A stretch of DNA of 64,000 nt from Dehalococcoidia bacterium (GTDB taxonomy: Bacteria > Chloroflexota > Dehalococcoidia > Lucifugimonadales > Australimonadaceae), in the NCBI GenBank assembly GCA_965208625.1, contig OZ242348.1:1987957-2051956 (forward strand), given 5' to 3'. The translations under genes and the position numbers were made by a program. Shown in pieces: positions 43,729-52,298 of the stretch (positions are counted from its first letter, which is position 1; the number at the start of each line of letters is the position of its first letter). The notes beneath the pieces were generated by a model. That model was not told where the DNA came from, ran no database searches, and was given only the letters and a program-made list of their open reading frames with translations.

Positions 43729-46305
43729 TCAGGAGAGCGAGAACGTCGAGCCGTTCGGTCCGCGCGTGACCTCGATACGGACCGGGAACGCTTCCTTGAT
43801 GTCGTCCATGTGCGTGATGACGAGGATGCGCTCGAACCGGTCCTCGATGGCTTGGATGACCTCCAGGATGCGGTCGCGCCCCTCCGCATCCTGCGTGCCG
43901 AAACCCTCGTCGATGAAGAGCGTGGGCAGCGGCGCGCCCGCGCGCCACGCGAGCACTTTGCTGAGCGCGATGCGCACGGCGAAGTCGATGCGGAAGCGCT
44001 CGCCGCCGCTGAACATCTCGTAGGCGCGTGAGCCGAGCTCGTCCGCGATAACGATCTCGAGCGTCTCGACCGCGTCTCCGCCGCTCCTGCGCTCCTTCTG
44101 CGTCTCCAGCTTTAGCGTCATCCGGCCGTCGGTCATGCGGCGCAGCAGGTCGTTGGCTTCGTCCTCCATGCGGGGGATCGCGGCTTCCATCAGCAGCGCC
44201 TGCACGCCGCCCTTGCCGAACGCGAGCGCGAGCTCGGTGTAGGCGCTCGCCTCGCCGGTGAGCGTGCTCCGCAGGGTCTCGGCCTGCGCCAGGTCCGCGG
44301 CGGCCTGCGCTACCTGCTGCATCTCGTTCTCGAGCGAGCCCTTGCGGGCCTGTAGGTTGTCGCGCATCGCGGACGCGGTCCGCAGTTGCTCTTCGACCTG
44401 CCCGCGCTGGGCTGTCCACGACGGCAGCTCGGCCAGTTCCTCGGCTATCGCCGCGCTCGTCTGCTCGGCCCGGGCGGCGTCGTTCGCCGCCTCCGACGCC
44501 CGGACGCGTGCGCGTTCGAGGGCCGCTGCGTCGTCGTCCATACGCTCGCGCGCCGTCGCGAGCGACTGCCGTTCCTCCTCCCAGTGCGCCAACTCCCGCA
44601 CCTGCGCTTCCGCCGCATCGAGCGCCGCAGGGTCAAAGGAGAGCGCGGCCAGTTGCTCCCGCAGCCCGTGCGCCGCCGCCTGCTCGTCCTGCGCGTACGC
44701 CCCGTTGGCGAGCGCGGCCTCGTTCTGCTGGAGCAGGGGCATGGCCTGCTTCAACTGCTCCACGGCTCGCTGCGCCTCCTCACGTTGCACGGTCAGGCGG
44801 CTCTGCTCCTCCGCGATACGCTGCTGCTCGGCGACGAGTTCGCTCTGCGCACGCTCCCCGCCTGCTGCGGCCTCGACGGCCTGGTGCTCCAGTTGCTCTG
44901 CGCGTTGCTTCTGCTCTTTGTGACGCTGAAGCAACCCCTCTATCTCGCTCGCGTATGACGCGCGTATCTGCGCGATGCCGTCCGGTCCGAGCTGGCTGCT
45001 GCAGAGCGGACACGTCGCTGCGTCCACGTGGTCGTGGCCAAGCAAGTTGAGCTTGCCCCTCAAGTCTCTGCCGTTCTTCTCGATCTGCTCGTTGTCCCGC
45101 CTGAGCGTCTGCGCCTCCAGCGTGAGTTGCCTGTGGGACTGTTCAGCCTGCGCCGCGTCGTTCCGGCGGCTCTCCATCGCCGCCTGACGCTGGGTCAACT
45201 CGTCCTGGCTGCGCTGGAGCGACGGCAGTGACTCCGCCCTTGGCGTGAGTTGGCTGTCGACGTGCTGCCGCTGCGCCTGGATGTCGCTCTCCAGACGGGC
45301 GCGGGCCTGCCCTATCGCGTTCTCCAACGGCGCCAGTTGCGTCTGCAGAGCAAGCGCCTGCTGGGCCGCGTTCGTGAGCGACCTCGCCCGCTCCTGCGCC
45401 TGCTGCAATGCGGCGACTCCCTGCCCGATCTCATCGGCGCGCTCGATAGTGCGCTGCCACCCGACGAGACGCTGGTTGAGGCTCGCCGCATCTGCCTCTT
45501 CCTCGGTCTGTCGCTGGCGCGCGCGTTGCGCCGCAACGTTCTGCTCGTCACGCTCCGCCTGCCGGCGTTCCAGGTGCGCGACCTTGTCCCGAAGGAGTTG
45601 CAGCCGCTCCGCAAGACCGTTCACGGACGTAACCGCCCCGGCGAGTTCACGCTCGGCCTCGGCCAGCGCCGTACGCGTCTCATCGGCTTGCGCCGCGCGC
45701 TCGCGCAGGCGGTCGACGTTGAGCGCGTTGGCCTCGAGCTTCGCCCGCGCGTCGCGTCCACGCAGGCGTGCGCGTTCCGCGAGTTCGTCGTACCGTCCGA
45801 GGCCGAGCACCTTGGCGAGCACCTCCTTGCGTACGCCGGGAGTGGCCATCGTGAACTCGTCGGCGCGGCCCTGGACGAGGAACGCGCTGTTGACGAACGT
45901 CCCGTAGTCCATGTTGATGATGCGTTCGATCTGTGCCTCCGTTGTCCTGATGGTGTCGCCGGTGATGGGGCGGAACTCCCCGTCGGCAGTCTGTACCGCG
46001 AGTTCCAGCGAACTCTGCGGATTGCGCCGCGCCTGCGAGTAGCGACGGGAGACGCGGTAGCGCTCGCTGCCGACGTCGAACACCAGCTCGACCTGCATCT
46101 CGGTCTGGCCGTGGTGGAGAAGCTGCTCGTGCCGTTGCCCCCGCGCCTTGCCCCAGAGCGCCCACGTGACGGCGTCCAGCAGCGCGGACTTGCCGTTGCC
46201 GTTCGGCCCGCAGAGGCACGCGACACGGATACCCTCCAGGTGGAGCGTGGGCGCGGCGTCGCGGTAGGAGAGGAAGTTGGAGAGCGAGAGGCTTATCGGG
46301 AGCAA
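43729..46305 (-). CDS. sbcC: SbcC/Rad50-family SMC-like ATPase
   Basis: 858 aa. Walker A GPNGNGKSA, long coiled coil with CPLC zinc hook, signature FSGGERFR, Walker B LFIDEGFG. Confidence 0.85.
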   Translation of the reverse strand: MLPISLSLSNFLSYRDAAPTLHLEGIRVACLCGPNGNGKSALLDAVTWALWGKARGQRHEQLLHHGQTEMQVELVFDVGSERYRVSRRYSQARRNPQSSLELAVQTADGEFRPITGDTIRTTEAQIERIINMDYGTFVNSAFLVQGRADEFTMATPGVRKEVLAKVLGLGRYDELAERARLRGRDARAKLEANALNVDRLRERAAQADETRTALAEAERELAGAVTSVNGLAERLQLLRDKVAHLERRQAERDEQNVAAQRARQRQTEEEADAASLNQRLVGWQRTIERADEIGQGVAALQQAQERARSLTNAAQQALALQTQLAPLENAIGQARARLESDIQAQRQHVDSQLTPRAESLPSLQRSQDELTQRQAAMESRRNDAAQAEQSHRQLTLEAQTLRRDNEQIEKNGRDLRGKLNLLGHDHVDAATCPLCSSQLGPDGIAQIRASYASEIEGLLQRHKEQKQRAEQLEHQAVEAAAGGERAQSELVAEQQRIAEEQSRLTVQREEAQRAVEQLKQAMPLLQQNEAALANGAYAQDEQAAAHGLREQLAALSFDPAALDAAEAQVRELAHWEEERQSLATARERMDDDAAALERARVRASEAANDAARAEQTSAAIAEELAELPSWTAQRGQVEEQLRTASAMRDNLQARKGSLENEMQQVAQAAADLAQAETLRSTLTGEASAYTELALAFGKGGVQALLMEAAIPRMEDEANDLLRRMTDGRMTLKLETQKERRSGGDAVETLEIVIADELGSRAYEMFSGGERFRIDFAVRIALSKVLAWRAGAPLPTLFIDEGFGTQDAEGRDRILEVIQAIEDRFERILVITHMDDIKEAFPVRIEVTRGPNGSTFSLS

Positions 46306-46418
46306 AGCAGCCTCACTGGCGGGAGTGGCAGGATTCTAACAGCGCGCGATCCGACTCCCTCCCGTGCGCTGTCCTCATTTCGTGGTCCGACAGGCCCACC
46401 ACGAACGGCTGCCAGCGG

Positions 46419-47678
46419 CTACGGACGCCAGCCCGCTTCCCGCGCGAGGCGCTCCAACTCGCCGGGCTCGTCGATCACAGCGACACGGCTGAGGAACTCG
46501 GCGAGGTCCGCGGAGTCGGCGCGTATCGTGCGCAACTGCGGCTCGATGGGGCTGATCGACGCCGGGCCGTCCGCATACGTGCCGTGGAAGGCGAACCATG
46601 CCGTGTTCAGCTTGCGGATGTTGTGGCCTCGTTCCACGAACTCCAACCTCCGCTCTTCCAGATACGCCTCCGCTTCCTCAACCTTCCCTTCATTCAGCAG
46701 TTCTTCCAGCCGGGCGCGTGTCTCCCGCATCTCGTACCGGAAGTCGAACACCCCGGGCTCCGGCGTGGGTCGAGGTTCACCGGCCCTGGGCGGCTGCCAC
46801 GGCTCGCGCGTCACCACTTCGCCGGTAAGGAGTTCCAGCGCCCGGTCGCTCAGTTCCTCCGCTGCGATATTGGCAACGGTCTCGTTCACACTCGTGAGCT
46901 CACCGCCCGCGAACCATGCGCGTCCCAGCGGGTGGAAGATGAGCCAGTGGTGCAGCCATTCGTGGCTCGCAACGGAGAGTGCGCCCCGGAGCGACGTGTC
47001 CGGCGTCACCTGCGCGGGGTACGTCGCCACGCCACCGATGCGGGCGACGATCGCCGAGATGTTGTCGTCGAGCGATTCCACCTTCTGTTCCAACTCGTCC
47101 TGCTCCGACAGGCTGATGTCGGAAGTGAGCAGGCGGTCGTCCAGCCGGACGATGGCGTCGCGAGGCGAGCGCACCAGCACGTGGCCGCCCTCCTGGAACG
47201 CGAAGTCCACCGGAGGCCAACGCACCGGTCCATAACGAGCGATGACGCCCAGGTCGTCGGCGCTCTGCGATATCGCGCCCTCCAACGTCTCCTCCACCAC
47301 TGGCGCGAGTTCCGAGCGGCGGCGCTCCAGCGTCCTCCGTTCTTCTTCCAACGTCGCGACCTCGGCATCGGATGCCCCCTCGGCAAGGGCGCGCTCTATC
47401 TCCCGCCGCTTGGCGCTCAGCTCCCCACCTACCCGGAAGAACTCCTGTGCACGCTCCAACCGCTCCTCCGCGTCCGGCCTGCCGAAGACGCCCACGGCCA
47501 GGTTGAACCACTTGTCCGGGAAGTGGACTATCTCCCAGCGCACGAGGTCCTGCTCGTAGGGAGCGGAGGTTCGGTGAAGCTGCTCGACGGAATCGCCGCG
47601 TCCTATGCCCGCGGCGATCAGGAGCATGGCCGCCAGTGTCCACAGGCCGAGCGTATAGTTCCCCTTCAGCGCGCGCAT
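46419..47678 (-). CDS. N-terminally membrane-anchored protein with coiled-coil segment and HExxH (HEWLHH) putative zinc-peptidase motif
   Basis: 419 aa. One N-terminal TM helix (LGLWTLAAMLLIAAGI), a Glu/Arg-rich helical stretch, and SVASHEWLHHWLIFHPLG. Confidence 0.6.
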   Translation of the reverse strand: MRALKGNYTLGLWTLAAMLLIAAGIGRGDSVEQLHRTSAPYEQDLVRWEIVHFPDKWFNLAVGVFGRPDAEERLERAQEFFRVGGELSAKRREIERALAEGASDAEVATLEEERRTLERRRSELAPVVEETLEGAISQSADDLGVIARYGPVRWPPVDFAFQEGGHVLVRSPRDAIVRLDDRLLTSDISLSEQDELEQKVESLDDNISAIVARIGGVATYPAQVTPDTSLRGALSVASHEWLHHWLIFHPLGRAWFAGGELTSVNETVANIAAEELSDRALELLTGEVVTREPWQPPRAGEPRPTPEPGVFDFRYEMRETRARLEELLNEGKVEEAEAYLEERRLEFVERGHNIRKLNTAWFAFHGTYADGPASISPIEPQLRTIRADSADLAEFLSRVAVIDEPGELERLAREAGWRP

Positions 47679-47731
47679 GGGGCTCCCTCATCTGCGCTTT
47701 GCGGTTCCTGCGTTGCTCTGCTGGTTGCGCG

Positions 47732-47760
47732 TTGCACGTTCATGGCCGGATAACTATTAT
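47732..47760 (+). promoter_or_regulatory. Candidate sigma70-type promoter of the EF-G paralog
   Basis: TTGCAC-N17-TATTAT, 43 nt upstream of the GTG start at 47803. Confidence 0.45.
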
Positions 47761-47802
47761 GCGCGCACAGACCCACCTCGGCGTTGAGGGGAGGCGCCTA
47801 TC

Positions 47803-49833
47803 GTGGAACAATTCACGACGCAGCAGATTCGTAACGTAGTACTTCTGGGACACTCAGGTGCGGGTAAGACGTCGCTTGGAGAGGCGATGCTCCACACAAC
47901 CCAGGCCATCAGCCGCGTGGGGCGCGTCGAGGACGGCAGCACCACCTCCGACTTCGAGCCCGAAGAGCACCGCAGGCAGACCAGCCTGCAACTCGCCATC
48001 CTCCCGTGCGTCTGGAAGGGAGTGAAGATCAACGTGATCGACACCCCCGGTTACGCGGACTTCGTGGGCGAAACCGCATCGGCGCTGCGCGCCGCCGACG
48101 CCGCGGTGATCGTGCTCTCCGCCCCCAGCGGCGTGGAGGTAGGCGCTGACATAGCGTGGCAGCGCATCAGCGACCTCGGCCTCCCCACCATGGTCTTCGT
48201 CAACAAGATGGACCGTGAGCATGCCGACTACGAGGCCACGATGGCCCAGGTCCGTACACACTTCGGAAGCCGCTGCGCACCCATCAACCTGCCCATCGGC
48301 GCGGAGGCTGCGTTCAGCGGCGTCGCCAGTTGCGTTGAGGGGAATGCTCCCGCCGGGATGGAAGACGCCATCGCGGGGGCGAAGGACCTGCTCGGGGAGG
48401 CCGTCGCCGAGACCGACGACGACCTTACGCTGAAGTTCCTGGACGAAGGCTCCCTCAGCGACGACGAGATAATTCAGGGTCTGGGCATCGGTGTCCGGAC
48501 CGCACAGACCGTGCCTGTGCTCGCAGGCTCGTCCGCGACCGGCGTGGGCATCGCCGAACTGATGGACGCCATCGTGAACTACATCCCCTCGCCTGCCGAT
48601 TCCCCGGCGGTGACAGCCACGAGGAACGGCGCCGATGTGGAACTGACCACGGACCCGAACGGTCCACTTGCCGCGTTCATCTTCAAGACGACCGCCGACC
48701 CATTCGTCGGAAAGCTCTCTTTCTTCCGCGTGATGAGTGGCACGCTCTCTGCGAACAGCGAGGTGCTGGAAAGCGGTTCAGGCGACACCGAGCGCATCGG
48801 CCAGGTATTCGTCCCCATCGGCAAGAAACAGGAGAGCGTCCCAAGCCTCGCGGCAGGCGACATCGGCAGCGTCTCGAAGTTGGCGCACGCTGTTACCGGG
48901 GACACGCTCGCCAACAAGGCAGACGCCGTATCCGTGCCCCGGATGGAGTTCCCGGAGCCCGTTTTCCACATCGCCGTGCATCCCAAGAGCAAGGCAGACC
49001 TTGAGAAACTCTCTTCCTCTCTCGCACGAATCACAGAAGAGGACCCTTCACTGGTCCTTCACCGCGATCAGGCAACAGGCGAGTTGATCATCGCGGGCCA
49101 GGGCAGCACCCACGTGGAAGTGATGGCCGAGCGCGCGAAGCGGAAGTTCGGCGTCGAGCTTGAACTCGCTCCGCCGCGCGTGGCCTACCGCGAGACCATC
49201 TCCCGGATCACGAAGGTCGAGTACAAGCACAAGAAGCAGTCCGGGGGGCACGGCCAGTACGGGCACGTGCTGCTGCGGCTGGAGCCGCGCGGCAGGGGTG
49301 AAGGGTTCGAATTCGCCTCCGAGGTTGTCGGCGGAAACGTTCCGCGTGAGTACATCCCCGCCGTGGAGAAGGGCGTGCACAAGACGATGGATGAGGGCGC
49401 GCTTGCGGGCTATCCCATCGTGGACGTGAGGGTTGTCCTCACGGACGGGAGTTCCCACTCGGTGGACTCGTCCGGCCAGAGTTTCGAGATAGCTGGAAGC
49501 ATGGCAATGAAGAAGGGTGTTGTCGAGGCATCCCCAACCTTGCTGGAGCCGGTGATGCGCATGACCATCGTTGCCCCGGAGCAGTTCGCGGGCGCGGTGG
49601 TGAGTGATCTGAATACGCGGCGCGCACACATATCGGGCATGACCCCCATGGGTGGCGTCGCACACATCGAAGCGGAAGTGCCGCAATCGGAGGCGCTGCA
49701 GTACTCCACCCACCTGCGCGCGCTCACTCAGGGTCGCGGAACACTCTCCATGCAGTTCGACCACTACGGCGAGGTTCCAGCGCACCTGACTCCGAAGATA
49801 GTGGAGGAGTCGCACGAGTTGACCAGGGCTTAA
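47803..49833 (+). CDS. Elongation factor G-like GTPase (EF-G paralog, not in an str-operon context)
   Basis: 676 aa. G1 GHSGAGKTS, G3 DTPGYADF, G4 NKMD. EF-G domains II-V are recognisable (YRETI...EYKHKKQSGGHGQYGHV). Confidence 0.85.
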   Translation: MEQFTTQQIRNVVLLGHSGAGKTSLGEAMLHTTQAISRVGRVEDGSTTSDFEPEEHRRQTSLQLAILPCVWKGVKINVIDTPGYADFVGETASALRAADAAVIVLSAPSGVEVGADIAWQRISDLGLPTMVFVNKMDREHADYEATMAQVRTHFGSRCAPINLPIGAEAAFSGVASCVEGNAPAGMEDAIAGAKDLLGEAVAETDDDLTLKFLDEGSLSDDEIIQGLGIGVRTAQTVPVLAGSSATGVGIAELMDAIVNYIPSPADSPAVTATRNGADVELTTDPNGPLAAFIFKTTADPFVGKLSFFRVMSGTLSANSEVLESGSGDTERIGQVFVPIGKKQESVPSLAAGDIGSVSKLAHAVTGDTLANKADAVSVPRMEFPEPVFHIAVHPKSKADLEKLSSSLARITEEDPSLVLHRDQATGELIIAGQGSTHVEVMAERAKRKFGVELELAPPRVAYRETISRITKVEYKHKKQSGGHGQYGHVLLRLEPRGRGEGFEFASEVVGGNVPREYIPAVEKGVHKTMDEGALAGYPIVDVRVVLTDGSSHSVDSSGQSFEIAGSMAMKKGVVEASPTLLEPVMRMTIVAPEQFAGAVVSDLNTRRAHISGMTPMGGVAHIEAEVPQSEALQYSTHLRALTQGRGTLSMQFDHYGEVPAHLTPKIVEESHELTRA

Positions 49834-49934
49834 CCGCCTCCTGGCCGTTCTCTCGAGCGTCCTCGCGAGCATGAGGGCGCCGCCTTCCGTCATTCCCCCG
49901 GCGGACAGGGCATCAGTACAACTGTTGGAGGAGC

Positions 49935-50699
49935 ATGCCTATGCAGGGAGTGATTCTCGCCGCCGGCGACGGCGGCAGACTCCGGCCGTTCACGTACCGA
50001 ACGCCGAAGCCGCTCATACAGTTGAGAGACCGTCCGCTCATCTGGTACCCGCTGGCCGCGATGGCCGAGGCGGGCATCAGAGAGGTCGGTGTCGTCGTCG
50101 GCTATCACGCAGAGCAGATCATCGAGGGCCTTACGGGATGGGCGCCGGACGGGGTGCGGCTGGAGTTCATCCACAACCCTGAGTTCGAAGGCGGCAACGC
50201 GGTGTCGGTGCGCGCCGCGCGGGACTTCGCGGGAGGCGGGCCCTTCATGCTCGCGATGAGCGACCACATCATCGAGCCGGGCGTTGCCGTCCGGCTGACG
50301 GGAGAGTGCGAGCACCCGGCGATGCTGGGTGTCGACTCGGCTGCGTCCATGGAGAGCCAGTTGAGCGACGCCACGAAGGTGCTGGTGGACGGCGACGGCT
50401 TCCTTCGGCGTATCGGCAAGGGGCTGCGGCGCTGGAACGCGGTGGACATCGGCGTCTTCGTCTTCCAACCGTCCATCTTCGCCACCCTGGACCACCTCTA
50501 TGCGCAGGAGGGCTCGGCGCTGGAGCTGAGCCGCGTGATGCAGCACCTGGCGGACACGCCCGGGGGCGTCACGACCCGCGACATAGAGGGCCTCTTCTGG
50601 ACCGACATAGACACCCTCGCAGACTTCAAGAGCGCCTATGACCACCTTGGCTCCGCCACAGGACCTCCCCCTGTGACGGGCTGGTCCCCCGCCGCCTGA
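49935..50699 (+). CDS. Sugar/alcohol-phosphate nucleotidyltransferase (NTP_transferase, LicC/IPCT-like)
   Basis: 254 aa. GVILAAGDGGRLRPFTYRTPKPL is the nucleotide-binding signature. Confidence 0.75.
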   Translation: MPMQGVILAAGDGGRLRPFTYRTPKPLIQLRDRPLIWYPLAAMAEAGIREVGVVVGYHAEQIIEGLTGWAPDGVRLEFIHNPEFEGGNAVSVRAARDFAGGGPFMLAMSDHIIEPGVAVRLTGECEHPAMLGVDSAASMESQLSDATKVLVDGDGFLRRIGKGLRRWNAVDIGVFVFQPSIFATLDHLYAQEGSALELSRVMQHLADTPGGVTTRDIEGLFWTDIDTLADFKSAYDHLGSATGPPPVTGWSPAA

Positions 50700-50771
50700 C
50701 GCTGGCCGTGCTCACGAATGCGGTCGTCCTGCTGCGCATCGCCAGCGCACGGCAGGCACTAGAATGACGTC

Positions 50772-50966
50772 ATGCTGAACGGCTGTACGACCACGCGCAT
50801 CTTCTGCCGCCCCAACTGTCCGCCGGGGCGCCGCACGAGACCCGACCACTGCGTCACCTTTGCAGACGAACGCGCGGCAGCCGAGGCGGGCTATCGCCCG
50901 TGCCGCGTCTGCACGCCGCTGGACGGCCCGCCCGGCCCCTGGGTCAGCAAGCGCGAGCGGGGCTAG
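50772..50966 (+). CDS. Stand-alone Ada-type zinc-binding domain protein
   Basis: 64 aa. IFCRPNCPPG....GYRPCRVC is a four-Cys Ada N-terminal-like pattern. Confidence 0.55.
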   Translation: MLNGCTTTRIFCRPNCPPGRRTRPDHCVTFADERAAAEAGYRPCRVCTPLDGPPGPWVSKRERG

Positions 50967-52141
50967 CCCAACCCGCGCTCCCGCCGCGCCTCTTCCGGCG
51001 TGATGATCCCCGCCTGCACGAGCGCCACCTGCCGCTTGGTGCGCTCGCTCTCGGTCTCCGACAGCGCCTCGACCTGCGCGAGGTCGAACGCCACCGACAG
51101 CCCCCGCGCCGACGGGCCGAGCCTCGGGATGAGCCCCTCGTTGATCGCGCCCGCGAGGAACGTCAGTTCCGGCACCATCGTCTTCTCCCAGAACATGCGC
51201 CGCGCCTCCCGCACGTTGTTGAGCGTCGCATGGCTGAAGTCCTCGAGCAGTGGCAGCGGCACGCCGTACACGCGGGCGACCCCTTCCAGGCTCCACCGCA
51301 GCCCGGCGAGCCACTCCATGTCCCGCTGGTTCAGCCCCAGCCGCTGCACGTCCCAACCGTCGCCGGTGACTAGCGGGCGATGCGCGCGGCCCGGCCCCGT
51401 GTGGCGCGCCTCCAGCCGCGAGTAGAAATCGTTGATCTGGCCATCGGTGACGGGCCCGCTCGCCCGGAAGACGAGGTCCTGTGGCTGCGCGCCGTTGCGA
51501 AAGAACTCCCGGTTGAACCGCAGCGCGTCCATGCCCATGTCGGCGGTGAGCCGCGCGGCTGCCATCGGCGCGAACCCGGCGAACTCCTCCAGCGGATTGA
51601 AGTAGCGGAACCAGACCACCTCCTCCGGCAGCAGCGCCGTCTCCCGTCCCCGCTCCTCGTAGACGAACCCCGCGACGTACCGCTCCGGGTCCCGCACGAC
51701 CCGCACGCGGTCGGGCCGCAGCGCCCATATCTCGTCCGGCATCGCGGAGGCAGACGCCTTCCTGGAACGCCCCAGGTACCAGAACGCGGCTCCCCACAGG
51801 CAGAGGTAGGTCTCTGTCGCGATGAGCAGGTCGCTCCTGCTCCACCAGCCGTTGACCGTGTCGAGCAGCCGCTGCGCCGGATGCTCCGGCCCCACCCATC
51901 GCGACGCGCCGGATGCGTCGACTTCCCGGACCTGCAGCGGCGGACGGGACGCCGCCTCTGCGCGCAGCTTCACCGCGGCGTACACGTCCGCGCTCCTCGC
52001 GTAGTACTCGCCGTAGCCGGTCGACTGCCACTCCGTGCCGACTCCCCTGTCCGGCGCCAGCGTCCGCAGCGCTGCGGCGAGCGGCGCGTTCGCCCGCCGC
52101 ACTGCGATACCGTCCATCACTTCCCGCAACGTTCCGAGCAT
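50963..52141 (-). CDS. Phage portal protein, HK97 family (isolated)
   Basis: ORF 50963..52156. The ATG at 52141 has GAGGAGGGAG immediately upstream. Portal-family pattern throughout (..YARSADVYAAVKLRAEAASRPPLQV..., ..FRYFNPLEEF..., ..WDVQRLGLNQRDMEWL.., ..VYGVPLPLL..). Confidence 0.75.
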   Translation of the reverse strand: MLGTLREVMDGIAVRRANAPLAAALRTLAPDRGVGTEWQSTGYGEYYARSADVYAAVKLRAEAASRPPLQVREVDASGASRWVGPEHPAQRLLDTVNGWWSRSDLLIATETYLCLWGAAFWYLGRSRKASASAMPDEIWALRPDRVRVVRDPERYVAGFVYEERGRETALLPEEVVWFRYFNPLEEFAGFAPMAAARLTADMGMDALRFNREFFRNGAQPQDLVFRASGPVTDGQINDFYSRLEARHTGPGRAHRPLVTGDGWDVQRLGLNQRDMEWLAGLRWSLEGVARVYGVPLPLLEDFSHATLNNVREARRMFWEKTMVPELTFLAGAINEGLIPRLGPSARGLSVAFDLAQVEALSETESERTKRQVALVQAGIITPEEARRERGLG

Positions 52142-52189
52142 CTTCTCCCTCCTCACTCCTTGAAATCAGCGGTTGGTCGAGAAACGCGA

Positions 52190-52219
52190 AGAGCCCCGGC
52201 CTCTCAAGACCGGGGCTCT
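52190..52219 (-). terminator. Hairpin downstream of the RCC1-repeat gene
   Basis: AGAGCCCCGG-N10-CCGGGGCTCT, perfect 10-bp stem, about 80 nt after the stop at 52299 (minus strand). Confidence 0.4.
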
Positions 52220-52298
52220 CCCGATGTATCGCTGCATCCCTATGCCGCTGTGGACACCATGCTAGGCGGCGAGCGCCGGAACGCGCAATAAGCGGATG

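Noticed and set aside
47803-49833. EF-G-like GTPase as the selenocysteine-specific elongation factor SelB, which would support the Sec hypothesis.
   Set aside because: Its length and domain order are EF-G-like (domains IV/V are present, with no SelB C-terminal winged-helix extension). It cannot be counted as Sec machinery.
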